A stretch of DNA of 64,000 nucleotides from Chlorokybus atmophyticus (Eukaryota; Plantae; Mesostigma and Chlorokybus algae). The stretch covers positions 1,597,932-1,661,931 of the forward strand of contig RHPI01002090.1 of NCBI GenBank assembly GCA_009103225.1. The letters are read 5' to 3'. Under the pieces are notes generated by a model. The model was not told where the DNA came from, ran no database searches, and saw only the letters and a program-made list of their open reading frames with translations. Of this stretch, positions 33,734 to 46,666 are shown one piece after another. A program made the position numbers and the translations under genes. The first letter of the stretch is position 1. Each line of letters starts with the position of its first letter.

Positions 33734-36700
33734 ATGGCACCACAGGGTGACAAAAAGCCGGCCAGCGCCAGAAAGGCGCCGGCAGCAGAACAAGCAGCAC
33801 AGCTGCTTGTTCAGCCAGAGGCTGAGGTGGACGGTACGTCCGACAAGGACGGGGAGACGTCAAGGCGGACGTATGACGACGACCGCAAATTCATTACTCA
33901 GCTCTCCTCCTACAAATTCAGGATAGAGCAGGTGCTGCCTGTGACCTGATTCACTTTATGCAACTTTCTATGCGTGCGTTGCATGCAAGCCGGTATCACC
34001 CTCTCGGAATCAGATTCAATCAGGAAAGGGCGCGTCCGAGATTGCTTTGGTAGCTGTGGTAGCTGCACCATATCGCTGGCTGCACTGTTCCGCAGCTGGA
34101 ACGCGTTTCATCAGTAGTTGTGTCTCGAACACTGGTGTCTAAGCGATCAGACAGAAAAGGTCGTCTTGTTTACAAGTTAGGCATTAAGGATACTTATCTC
34201 GCCACACAGTCGTCTATGCAAGTTGTCATAGACAGTGCCCGACCATGCTCGTTCGCCGCTGTATAGTGTTGCCTCGGGAAAGTCAAGCAAACAGACGTGA
34301 TGACCACCGTGTTGCTCGAGTCCTCCTTTGTGTTGGCGTATCGGTTATGTCGTGTGCATGGTGCATGCATGGGCATCCTGCGGTGTTGTGAGGCACAATG
34401 AAATGCGCTGTGACTGTTGCTGAGCGCTGAGTGCAGCAGACAGTTACAACAAGGTGATGCTGTTGATATACAGGGCTTTGTCCCTGGCATGCACGTCCCC
34501 GGGGAGTTTTACGTGAATGAAGCTCTGCAACCGCTGGTTTTTGAGGAGCTGCGACAGTACATGCATGGCGGCAAAGGAGGTTTTATACCTGCGCTCAGGC
34601 AGATTGCCAACGTTGCCAGTCTCCCAGGCATTGTTCAGGTAACTGGGACATGTGACGGACAAGCATGGGGCACACACACACTCTGCTTGTGTGAGCACTC
34701 CTCGGCAGATTGGCTGTGATTATGCATGCGCACTAACCAACAATGCTTCCGAAAGTATACACCGCCAACTAGTGCCGTGACTGGAAGAGCGCACAGCCTA
34801 ATTCATTCCTGCTCTGGTCGCTGCTGTTGTAGCATTGTCACCATTCACTGTCAGCCAACAGCTCGTGCAATGCAAGAGTCTGCTGGCCTTGCATTGTATT
34901 TGAGCTGGCATCTATGCCAACACAATGTGCGCAGAAATCTATTGGGCTTCCAGACATGCATTCTGGGTATGGATTTGCAATTGGCAATGTGGCAGCGTTT
35001 GACATGGGAGATCCAACAGCGATAGTGTCGCCAGGTACGCCAATCTATGCGTGTTACGCAAGGGGTGCGCGACTGCAGCAGACCATTATTTCAATGCATA
35101 AGCCTGATGCACGTTGCTTTAGGTGGTGTTGGTTTTGACATCAACTGTGGTGTTCGACTCATCCGCACAAACCTGGTAATACATCTTTAACATCATGAGC
35201 ATTGTGCCGTCTCAGCACTGGATGCGGTATTGTCTCAACGGTTCCTGTTAATCATGTAGACGCTGAAGGATGTGGAGCCCTTGAAGGAAGAGTTGGCGCA
35301 GGCATTGTATGACCATATCCCAGTAGGCGTCGGCTCAGAAGGCGTCATTCCCACAACGTCCAACGATCTCACAGAAGCATTGGTAAGGGTGCTTTTGCGA
35401 TGCTTGTGTGCCTGGTTCTGTGTGGTTGGCTTGTCGTCGCTGTGATGAATAACAAGGCGAAAAGCTGAGAAGCAGTGGCAGGTGGCGGCATGGCCAGCCG
35501 CCGTCTAGCTTGTTGATGTGCATCGCTACTGAGCGACATTCATTTGTCAAACGGATACCTCGTCAACATGCATGAATGAACGTACAGTTCATGAACGACT
35601 TTGTTGTGTGCAGGAGACAGGCATGGACTGGACCCTGAAGCAGGTGCTTGACACACTCGCTCTTCAACTTCCACTCACGGTCCTTTTGCTATCTGCTGAC
35701 CACTTGTCTGTGTGCTGGTATTTGTACGCAGAACTACTCCTGGGAGAAGGACAAGGAGCACTGTGAAGAGAATGGGCGCATGATGGATGCCAATCCGGCG
35801 AAAGTTAGCAACAGAGCAAAGAAAAGAGGCCTGCCGCAGATGGGCACCTTAGGTGCTGGGAATCATTACGCAGAGATTCAGGTGAACTGAGTTGCAACGT
35901 CTTTTGATTATGGGTTAGGTGTAGGCATGTCTGATCAGTGCGTGCACTACGTTACACTTATTCTGCATGACCTCTTTTTCCACGCCTGTGTGTACAGATT
36001 GTGGATGAGATATACGACCAGCGGGCCGCAAACACAATGGGGTTGGAGGAGCTCGGGCAAGTTTGCGTGCTGCTGCATAGTGGCAGCAGAGGCCTTGGTC
36101 ATCAGGTGGCAACAGATGCGCTGACTGTTATGGAGCGCGCGATGGCTCGCGACCACATCAGGGTCCATGACCGCCAGGTAACAGCCTGAGTTCTGTCTCA
36201 TATGCCAGATTTCTGGTGCCATGGTGTCAGCCATAGCGTTTCAGTCTACGGCTGGTGTGACTCTGCAGTGGATGCGTTGTCGTGTTGACCAACGCCAACG
36301 CTGCACAGCTGGCTTGCGCACTGATTAGTTCTCAAGAGGGCCAAGACTACCTTGCCGCAATGTCAGCAGCAGCCAACTACGCATGGGTCAATCGGTCTGC
36401 CATGACTTACCTCTGCCGGAAAGCCTTCAGCAAGGTCATGAAGCAGTCTGCAGATGACCTGGACATGCAGTTGGTTTACGATGTCAGCCATAACATTGCC
36501 AAGAAGGAGCATCACATGGTGGATGGTCAGTTGAAACACCTGCTTGTGCATCGCAAGGGAGCCACGCGCGCGTTTGCACCGAATCACTCCATGATACCGC
36601 CTGCGTATCAGCAGATCGGTCAGCCTGTGCTGATCGGTGGGACAATGGGAACCTGCAGTTACGTGCTTACGGGCACACAAAAGGGTATGGAGGAGACTTT

Positions 36701-36950
36701 TGGTAGCACGTGTCACGGTGCTGGGAGAGCACAGAGCAGGAACGCAGCGCGTAAAGCTCTGACTCACCAACAAGTCCTCGACAAGCTGCAAGACATGGGC
36801 ATCAGCATCCGGGTCGCGAGCCCTAAGCTGGTCATGGAGGAGGCGCCCGAGTCCTACAAGGATGTGACGGAGGTGGTGAACACCTGCCATCAAGCTGGCA
36901 TATCCAAAAAGTGTGTGAAGCTCAAGCCTATTGCTGTGATCAAAGGCTGA
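33734..36950 (+). CDS. RTCB: RNA-splicing ligase RtcB (eukaryotic/archaeal type), multi-exon
   Basis: [116 protein letters not shown]. Confidence 0.96.
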
Positions 36951-38308
36951 TTGTATAGTCCACCTCGCACCCATGTCAGAACCATGTACTTGTTGGTAGT
37001 GCACGTCAGTTCGGCGTTGCAGGGCTGACATGTCACATGCCAGGAGCTTTGTAACTTTGTCAACGACTGTTGTCATGAAGCAGAGCTTTTTTGTTCTCGC
37101 TGTAGCCATTGTTGTTTAACTGCTCCATTATCTTCAGCATTGCTGGAAAACTGTCGACAGCTATGCATTTCCTCCATAATCGAACATTGTGCAATGCCAC
37201 ACCAGCTGCTGGCAAGCAATGCCCGACTGTAACTGGTTGTACGCAAATCTGTGAAGTGAACTGCTATATGAAATTGCAACTACCGGTGTGTGCATGGCAC
37301 TCGACCATATCTTTCCTGTAAACCATAAGGCTGCTGTGTTGTGAATGGCTGCACGTCATGCCCCGTGCAAGACACTCAGTAGGTGGATACACATGAGACT
37401 GTATAGTATCTGCAACACTGTTTAAACATACATTGTGATGTTCGGACAGTGTTGCACATGCGCAGGCGGTGGTTGCCCTACAAGTCAACAATAACCAAGG
37501 CCACATGAATGTGCGTGATAATGCGAGTGTGCTTCGCGCAGCTCTTATGTCTATTATGCATAACACATGTACACTGTGCTATGCACACATGTACGCATCT
37601 GGTATAGACATCCAGTGTGGCAATCGATGCGCAACAACACTCAACACCACTATTACACAACTGCTTACAGCACAATCAACTCTACCACCGCTGGCCTACG
37701 TATGCAACATATGCACGAGCATCAACTTGACATCCACCAGAGGCACTACTTAGACATCACAGATTATATTCAACAGATGGTCTCCACCAGCACATGTTCG
37801 ATAGCAACGCTGCTGTGCGCTACTTGAAAGCGAGTCGCCGCCGTTGCCTACCTGCGACGAGGTTGTCGTTGTCGTTGTCGGCGGTGTTGATGCTAGATCG
37901 CACTGCTCGCTTGCTGCAATTCTGAGCGCGAGACACATGCGCGACGCAACCCTGCGCATGTGGCGCAGTGGCGGCTGTAAAAGCTGCTCGTCGTGCTGCG
38001 TCGTGCGCATGTGCATGGCTTTCACCTCCCAGCCATAGCCACACTCAATGACATTGCTGGCTTGTGTTGTTGTAGCGCACTTTGGTTAGCAGCGCGGTTG
38101 TCGTACTGCACTCTGCGGCTTGTTACCTGTCTTGCTGCATGCAACGCATTTGCATGATAGACTCGAAGGCAGTGTAAGCCTGAGCTTCGGGTGGGCAAGG
38201 TGCGTCGCTTTAGTGAGTGCCGACCACCTCCGGCTAGAGCGCAGCGCACTCGCACAACAGTGTGCGGCGTTCTGTTTGACATTTACTTCCTAGCAGAGTT
38301 GGTTAGGT

Positions 38309-40025
38309 ATGCCGTTCGGGCAGATAGTGGTGGGGCCTCCCGGCTCCGGCAAGACCACCTACTGCAACGGCATACAGCACTTTTTCCATCTCACCGGCAG
38401 GCAGGTTTCTTCTTGTCGACGTTGTTGACAGCAGCTGCCTGGCTGTGTACTACAAGCGCTGCAGGCATGAATGCTGACATGCTGCTGCTTGCCTCTCGTC
38501 TCTCTGCAGGAAGGCTGCGGTCATCAACCTCGACCCTGCCAACGACAACCTGCCCTATGAATGCGCTGTCAATATCGAAGAGCTGATTACTCTGAAAGAT
38601 GTCATGGAGCAGCAGAAGCTCGGGCCCAACGGTGGTGCGTATCCTTTCACAACAATGCAGATTGCGTGCATGTTGGTGAAGTAACATGCGAAATGAAACA
38701 ACGTGTTGCATATATCTTATGAAGCATAGCCATGTGGTGACAGCTCATGGTCTGTGTCCTTTGCTTGCTGCCTGTTTGTGCAGGGCTGGTTTTCTGCATG
38801 GACTATCTTCTTGAAAACATTGACTGGCTACAAGAAAAGCTTAAGCCGCTGCACGATGGTAACGTTACGCATGCTATCATGCTACAAGGCTTGCTTGCGC
38901 CGCCCCGCTCGAAATAGATTAAGAAATCAAAATTGATCTGAACAACGTGCTGTTAGAGCACAAGTACGCGAGCCGGCCGGGAATTTGTTACATTGGTTCA
39001 TGTCAAGCTGTGACCTGCACTTGCAGTTATATGCTCTCGTGCGAGTTACACGGATCCTCATGCACGTGTTTGGACGCAGAGTACTACCTTCTGTTTGACT
39101 TTCCCGGTCAAGTGGAGCTGTTCTCGCTTCACAGCAGCACAAAGCAGATCATCCAAACCATGACAGACGATTGGAACTACAGGGTACGAGGCAGCTGCGG
39201 TTTGCTGCACGTGCATGACTGGCTTGTCTCCTACCTCATGCATGCATAAAACTGTCCACTTACGTACAGCTCACTGCGGTGCATCTTGTGGATGCGCACC
39301 TGTGCAGCGATCCCGCCAAGTACATCAGCGCCCTGCTGCTGTCACTTGGCACCATGCTGCACCTGGAGCTGCCTCATGTCAATGTGCTGTCCAAAGTTGA
39401 CTTGATTGAGCAGTACGGCCGCCTTGGTAAGTATGTGATGGTACATACATGTACATGTGCTTGGTACTACATGCATGCACACATTTACAATCATGCTCAT
39501 CCGCTCGTTGCTAGGCAGCCTTCAACTTGGACTTCTACACTGAAGTGCAAGATTTGCAGTATCTGGTGCAATCTATGCATGATGACGCTTTCTCTAAGCG
39601 CTTCCGGTAAGCTGATCATTTGCTTGCGTTGTTATGGCATATGCACAGCTTATATTATCCGAATACAAGGAAATTGAGCGAAGCGCTTTGTGAGATTGTG
39701 CAAGACTTTTCGCTCGTAGGCTTCACGACGTTGAACATACAGGTAACAAGTCATTGTGCCCTTCAACTCTGCGAGCTGGTTTGTCACTCGCTTGGAACAG
39801 GACAAAGAAAGCGTTCTGAGGCTGGTGCGTCTGATAGACAAGAGCAACGGATATGTGTTTACTGGACTGGAAGGCTCCAATGTCAGCTTGGGACAAGCAT
39901 ATGCCAAGTATGCTTCAGCCGAGCCCGAGTGGGATTGGGACAAAACTGCGGCAGTGCAAGAGAAGTACATGGTTGATCCTGCCGAAGAAGTTGAACCACA
40001 GCCCATGAAGACAGATGTGACGTAA
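38309..40025 (+). CDS. GPN2: GPN-loop GTPase 2, multi-exon
   Basis: [87 protein letters not shown]. Confidence 0.93.
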
Positions 40026-40449
40026 TTGCCATGGTGTGGTGTGACATGATGTGGTGATGAAGAGTTGTCCATCAGGACGTTTCGTCTGTGTGTGGTGAGA
40101 GATATGCGCACACTATTGGCTTGGAAGCTGTGAAGCCAATGTGATAGTGAGAGTGAAGTATCCTCACCTACCTTTTTGGAACTGTGGAGGGTTGTGCATG
40201 CCTCGCCACACTTGTGTATTACTGATGTTGACTTGCAACCGTTCTTGTCGTCATCTAGAGCATCCCACAGGGTGTGCTCCACCATAAGCAGTCTGCCAAC
40301 ATGGCTTGTGACGAGTTTAGTGAGTTGAGTGAGTGGCAGCCGGCAAGCATCAGAGAGGCACACACAAACTCGCATTAACCATCCTGGACCTAAGGGGCTG
40401 GCTCTGCAGGTGGGGGTGGGGAGTGGCTAGCCATGTGCAATGCAAGTCG

Positions 40450-40480
40450 TAGCAGCAGCAGCAGCAGCAGCAGCAGCAGC
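40450..40480 (+). repeat. (AGC)n microsatellite
   Basis: About 10 consecutive agc units. Confidence 0.9.
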
Positions 40481-41024
40481 TATAGGAGAGGCAAGTGTGA
40501 GGTGATTGCACTAACACACCTACGTTAAACGGCCGCATTAAATACTTGTAGTGGAACAATACGCAAGCCCAGTGACACATTTGGTTGGCTCGTTGTCATG
40601 TGTATAAGAGAATGTCGAGGGTATTGACTGCGTGCAACGAACGCCACACACAGCATACATGATATAGCATATGTGAATGATAGCCACACGAACAGACTTA
40701 TCGTTCTCCTGGGCACGCTGTGCCCAGGAACGGGTTGTGGAGACTGGCACACGTGAAACTTCGTGTGGGAGTACATGTCTTATTGAAAATGAATGTGCTG
40801 GGCACAACCTCCTAGCCTGCTATCCTAATATTCAACTGCTCTACAACTTAATCAGGTATTGACACCCGCGCATGCTACCAGCGCTTATTTCTTCAAGAGA
40901 GAAGCCACAATACGTGGCTCAATCAGTGTTCAATTAATCGCACACTAATCATCGATCCAACAGCATAGTCTCGGCAATGCGCCTTTGCACAAGCTGCTGG
41001 CGACTTCTTCAATCATCCACTTGT

Positions 41025-41804
41025 TCACTTCACGGCGATGAGGGGCGACAGCTGCTGCGAGAGCGGGCTGCGGTCGATGGCATCCATGTCGTCTGCGTTG
41101 GCCCCGAGAGGGGCGAAGCGCTGGCGGGATGTGGTGGGGCTGCGCTGCGGTGTTGCGGTCAGGGGGCTCTGGATCTGCATTGCAATCACCGGTGTTCGCT
41201 GAGAAGGAGAGCGAGGGTCCAAGTCCTCGTTCCGCTGAAGAGAGTTCACCTGCAGCGCACCAGGCCTGCCAAGCAAGCGCAAGCATGACAACAGAGTCAA
41301 CCCCAGTCTCTTTCGTGCAGGCAAGTTTACACCAGTTAACAAACAGTGACACGACAGCTAGCGGGTGGGCTGATGGACTCTGGCACAGCTTTGTGCAGAT
41401 CTGGTTGATGCACAAGTTACTACTGGGCAGCTCTCAAGAATGCAAGCAACACACACGTTAGCAATCTACCACACTTTGACACTGGCACCTTTACTGACTG
41501 GCAATATGACACTCGAATGTCTCAGTGGCACCAATTTAATTTCTACCTCTAGCGTCAGGAACAGCAACAACTGCACTGTGCCTGTAAGCTGCTATGGTAC
41601 TTCCAGAAGTGTGCCCACAAAGTCCAAAGAGAGACAAAGAACTCCACACCATGTAGACCATACACTTTGTGGCCCTTACCTGGTGCGCTTGCGGGCTGCG
41701 GGCACCCCGTTGATGTGTTCTGGCATCTTGGGCTGCAAGGAGGAAGCGGCACCGGCCTGGCCGGAGCGGAGGGGCTTCAAGGCCTCAGCAGCTACAGCCA
41801 CTCG
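41025..41804 (-). CDS. Possible small disordered Ser/Thr-Pro-rich protein (3 exons)
   Basis: MERVAVAAEALKPLRS..RKRTR|gtaagg donor, a short middle exon, and last exon ..DPRSPSQRTPVIAMQIQSPLTATPQRSP..SPLSQQLSPLIAVK*. No family recognised. Confidence 0.4.
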
Positions 41805-42558
41805 CTCCATTGCAGCACGAGAAAGAGAGGTGGGGCGGATGAGGAAGGCTGTGATTGCAAAGATTAGAGCTTCCTTACTACGCGAACAAGACACCGCCCT
41901 CGGCCTTCGCTGTATGGGCTAAGCGTACCCAGATCAGCGTCGGTAAACCTGGAGTACACACAAGTACACAAAGTAGAACTAAAAATCAATGAGCTCGCTC
42001 ACGTGACCAGCGGTGGTGGTCAGCGTGTTCGATTACGCACGTGCGTTACTCCTCAGCGCCGTATCTAACCAGTGAAATACGGCAATGAGGGGTAACTTAC
42101 GGGCGTAACCGACAGATTCTAATCAGAGAGCTGTTGAGTGCGTTTTCCCCCGCCATTTTCCGTCTCAGTTGTCGCCGCCGTCGGGGATGTCTCCGTCATC
42201 TCCCCCGTTGTCGCCGTGGTCGAGGGGTGTCTGTAGGTGGAAGGGGGAGTCGTGTTGCCCCCGCCTCAGCGAGATGGGGAGCTCAGGCGCGGCGTGGTGG
42301 CTGCGGCGGGAGCAGCTATTGCAGGCAAGCTTTTGCTTGGGAGCAAGCCGAGGAGGAGGTGGTGGTGGAGGTAGAGGTAGAGGTACTGTCGGTGGTTTCG
42401 GATGAGGGACCTACGGCGGCAACAAGCAGACTGTCGGTGGTCGAGGCAAATGCTGGTGCGCGTCATACAACCGAGGTAGACGTGTGACGGACTGGATGGT
42501 CGTGCACTGCGCAGGTGCGCTGCTTGATGCATGCGCGTCTTACCTGTATGCCCCCCCC

Positions 42559-42835
42559 NNNNNNNNNNNNNNNNNNNNNNNNNNNNNNNNNNNNNNNNNN
42601 NNNNNNNNNNNNNNNNNNNNNNNNNNNNNNNNNNNNNNNNNNNNNNNNNNNNNNNNNNNNNNNNNNNNNNNNNNNNNNNNNNNNNNNNNNNNNNNNNNNN
42701 NNNNNNNNNNNNNNNNNNNNNNNNNNNNNNNNNNNNNNNNNNNNNNNNNNNNNNNNNNNNNNNNNNNNNNNNNNNNNNNNNNNNNNNNNNNNNNNNNNNN
42801 NNNNNNNNNNNNNNNNNNNNNNNNNNNNNNNNNNN

Positions 42836-42897
<62 letters not shown>
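42559..42897. other. Assembly gap (N run 42559-42835) bordered by a C run and a (CA)n microsatellite (42836-42897)
   Basis: Directly visible. Confidence 0.97.
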
Positions 42898-42899
<2 letters not shown>

Positions 42900-44085
42900 C
42901 CCTCCCTCCATCTTAGGATTTGAGAAGATGCAGCACAGAACCATATAGAAACTGTTTGGAAAGGCTTGCTGTTGACCTTGTCGCTTGTGTGCATACAATG
43001 CATGTCATGTCACCTGTTGATGTATGTCAATCAAACAGCAATCCTGCAGTGCAACCTCATGCAGCATGCGGTATAATATCTGCAAGCTTCTTGTGCGGCA
43101 GTGAGCTCCCCGCTTTCAGCTCATTTACGTTACTGTGACCCATAATGGTGAACCCTATGCTGGCACTGCAATAAAAACAGTGCCTGTTTATGGGTAAGTC
43201 TCGCTGTTTGTACCAAAAACCTTTGAGAATTGCTGATGCTACGGACTACATGCTGAAGGTGACGAGCAGCAGGAGGCTCATATTCGATATGATGAGATCT
43301 TCACTAGTGGCGAGCACCTGAACGGGCTTGTCAACATGCGCACGAAAATATCGTCACTGAGCTCAGCGCAATTGAGCAAAGCTGCTCGAGAGAGACACGT
43401 ACATTGATGGGCATGTCGAATGCCTGGAAAGCGGCCTGTTTCGGACCAACCTGCCAATGAAGTTCTATCGCGTCTAGTTCCTGAAGCTTATCAGGTAGGC
43501 CTCTGGGCACTTATCACGATTTGTTGTTTCAACTGGTGTTCTCTTGCACATTTGCGCTCTTGCCTCTGCATGCATGCATGCATGCATGCTAGTTGCTGGA
43601 TTCTCTGCTCCTTGCACTGGCAAGAGACAGAGTGTCTCCGTCACATGGGCAGTTAGTTGACACCCCTTTTGCTTTGTTACAGCACCTCATAGGTAATTTG
43701 AGCCGTGACCTTATATATGATTGAAGTGAAGGAGAGACGTTGCGCTTGGACTCTGTAACCACCTATGCTGTAGTCCACAACGAGGTCTTCGAGCAGGTAA
43801 AACTTGGCAGGTGTTAGCGTGAAGCATGTCAGGGCATGCAGCTGTATCATTTTCAGAGAATGCAGTGCTTGACTGTGGCAACGATGCCAGGTTGGCCTCC
43901 AGCATGGGTAGTTCGTGATTGTGATGTGGGTGTTGCACCAAGCGGCATGTCATGTTTATGCGCGGCAAGTAGACGCCTACTACCTCGTGCAGATGGTGAG
44001 CTTGCATGACACTCCCAATTAAGAAGAGCGGACCATCATTCAGTATCTGGTGTCGTGACAGCAATGTACCCGAGCATCATCCTGA

Positions 44086-44123
<38 letters not shown>

Positions 44124-44243
44124 GCAGGTGGACAAGTGCGTCCTTGACAAGCCCAAAGCGGAGCACCGCGCGGCAAATATTTGCATGGGCGATCTGTTCT
44201 GTGCGGACTGTCAGGAGGCACTGAAGGATGTTGCAGACCGATT

Positions 44244-44409
44244 CACCATACGTGTTTGCTACTTTCCAGCAACCTGGTGGCAAGTCTTAATTAGTGTTTC
44301 TGATCAAGACTTGCTACCACTCTTGTCACCATACGTGTTTGCTACTTTCCAGCAACCTGGTGGCAAGTCTTAATCAGTGTTTCTGATCAAGACTTGCCAC
44401 CACTCTTGC
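44244..44409 (+). repeat. Two-copy 83-bp tandem repeat, each with a 45-nt hairpin
   Basis: caccatacgtgtttgct.. at 44244 and 44327. Stem tggtggcaagtctt/aagacttgccacca is perfect in copy 2 (44358-44402). Confidence 0.9.
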
Positions 44410-45122
44410 TGACGTGCAACTACTGTTTTCACATTATCTGGAGCATACAGTAGAGTGTGCTGCATCATGATTAATGTACAACATGACGAGTAAGTGACAG
44501 CTGGCAAACATAATACAAGGCATATAATCAAGATCAGTATGACAGCTGTGGGCACAGAACACAAAAAGCACTGAAGTCATATATCCAAGGAGTTCCCTTC
44601 AGGTGGCTATCTACATGCCTTTCAGTCAGTGCCACGCATGTGACAGACACAGTAGCAAGTATTCTCAATTTGTGTTGAGTGTTAGAGAGTGTATGACCAA
44701 AGAGAGGCTGGATGGTTGTACCATTGCTGCCAACTCTTTACTGTTTTGTGAATTCAAGGCCATTGTTCGCAGAACTTGTGCTACCACGCTTCACAGGTGC
44801 AGCATCACAGATTAGCATGGCATGAAAGCAAGCCCAGAGCAGCAGTCAAGGTGCACATGCAAGGAGCATGTGGTACAGGGGTGTCCAGTATTGCGCGAGC
44901 TGCATGACATGAACCGAGGGGCAGGGTGCTACAGTGGCACAGCAGTTGCAAGCCATCATTCCCACGCTGCGTTGCTGCGATCGGTTTTGTTGCATATATA
45001 TTGTATAGGCATTCATACATAATATCCCCTCTGCTACTAGTGTTCCTATGCTAAGCAAGAACTCGTCTTTAGCATCCCATCATTGGCATAGACCGGTGGT
45101 TTGCTGCACTCTCCACATGCCC

Positions 45123-45655
45123 TCACTTCTGCAATGCAAAGGATATCAATACCACAGCTTGTGTGTTGTACACATGTTTCGTGATACCGACCACTGATTG
45201 CTCTACCACCACTCAGCCTGTGCTTCAAAGCGACCTACACCCACCTGTTTCTGAGCAAGAATCTTGCGGTAGGCTGCCTCGCGTGCCTCACCATACTCCT
45301 TCAATGGCTTGGGCTTGCTTGGCAACTGCACAGCTTGCGCTGGAGGTGCGGGCAGGGCGGTTAGCGCCACCACTGGTGCGAGCGCCAATGCACCCAATGC
45401 CAGCACAGACCTGCGTGCCGCCATGCCAGCGCACGTGTGAGCACCACATTCAGGTTGTAATGCACGCATGTATGACGACTGAGTTACTGACCTCCTTGAT
45501 GTGGCGGGCTCCTCCTGCTGGGGGGCGGCAGAGGGGGCGTTGCTGGGCGCAGGGGATGCAGGAGCTGAGGTGGGGGTACGCTGGGAGGCAGGCGCCTGAG
45601 CTGGGGTACCCCGCAGTACGCTAACAACCTGAGGGACGGCGCTCATCACAGCCAT
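45123..45655 (-). CDS. Small nucleus-encoded thylakoid-lumen (Tat-pathway) protein, mature part ~30 aa
   Basis: After removing an intron at ~45412-45495: transit peptide, then TSRRSVLALGALALAPVVALTALPAPPAQA (twin-Arg, hydrophobic, AxA), then VQLPSKPKPLKEYGEAREAAYRKILAQKQ|K*. Confidence 0.7.
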
Positions 45656-46666
45656 GGCGACAAGTCTCTGCTACACTGCAGCGCCGCTAGCAACTACCGG
45701 CACTGCTGACACGCTGAGTGCTTGGCTGGCTTACACTGTTCAGGTGAATGGGATGCTATATATGCATGCGCCACTGCGTACCTTACCACTTGGTCCTCAG
45801 CACAGTGACTCCAACACCTCAGCCTCTACGCGCAGCGCTGCTCAAGCCGCCAACAACACTGCGACGTGGCTGCTTGTACGAAAAGCACAAACAGACAGGA
45901 CAAGCTTTCAGCGGCTAAGGCACCAAGCGACAGAGCACGAGAGAGACCGCTGTGTAGAGACGGTGCGACGTGGCCGCGCCGATGAGAGTTTATCGCAACG
46001 TCGTGTCCGCGTCGCAAGCCAGATACCGCGGCGAAGCGTTGTTGTATGCGTTTGTAAGAGCGTTGTACCCACCCCGATAAGCTGGATCCCGATTCTACTC
46101 ACGTGACTTGGGCTTGCGGCAGCTCGCTTGCAGAACAGCGTGAGAGTGGCGTGTATTTTCAGCTGGCGGCGGCGGCGGCGGCGTTTTAGAGGGTGGTGGC
46201 GGGAACGGTAGTGGGAGGACGCGGTTTTGTTGGGTGGCGTGCGGTGCGGAACGAGTAGGGCTGTGAAATCTGGGTGGCGGCGAAGCTGGTCGTCTGCTCA
46301 CGAGTCAGTGGTCAACGCTGGTCAAACATACGCTGCGTAAGGTATACGTCAAGCTGTCAAGCTGCATACTGCACGGGATGTGCAAACACAAGCAGACGCT
46401 TGAACTAAATTGACAACAAGTAAACGTGCTAAGTTACTTGACTGTTGAAGATGTTGTCTGAGACGACAACACAATATCTGGGACAAACTACTTGTGACAC
46501 CACATGAGTTGGGCAGACACCTGCATGCCGTCCTTGGCAGCCTGCACCAAGCACTCTTTCTGATTGTCGTTATACACATTACATCCAGGGTTGAGACGTC
46601 TCAGAAGCGTACAAAGAGTAAGCTATAAGGCAAAGCGAGTGCACAGCAGAAACAAGTCAGCCAGAG

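Noticed and set aside
36363-37109. 248-aa minus-strand ORF
   Set aside because: Antisense to the conserved RtcB last exon.
37050-38060. Small minus-strand gene between RtcB and GPN2
   Set aside because: Some splice-like signals but no consistent frame or recognisable motif.
42266-43003. ORFs spanning the N run
   Set aside because: Artifacts of the assembly gap and the (CA)n microsatellite.
43250-44300. Spliced gene or retrocopy with poly(A) tail (31 T at 44088-44118)
   Set aside because: No TSD found; the poly(T) fits an intron polypyrimidine tract before ttgcag; exons could not be joined into a coherent recognisable frame.
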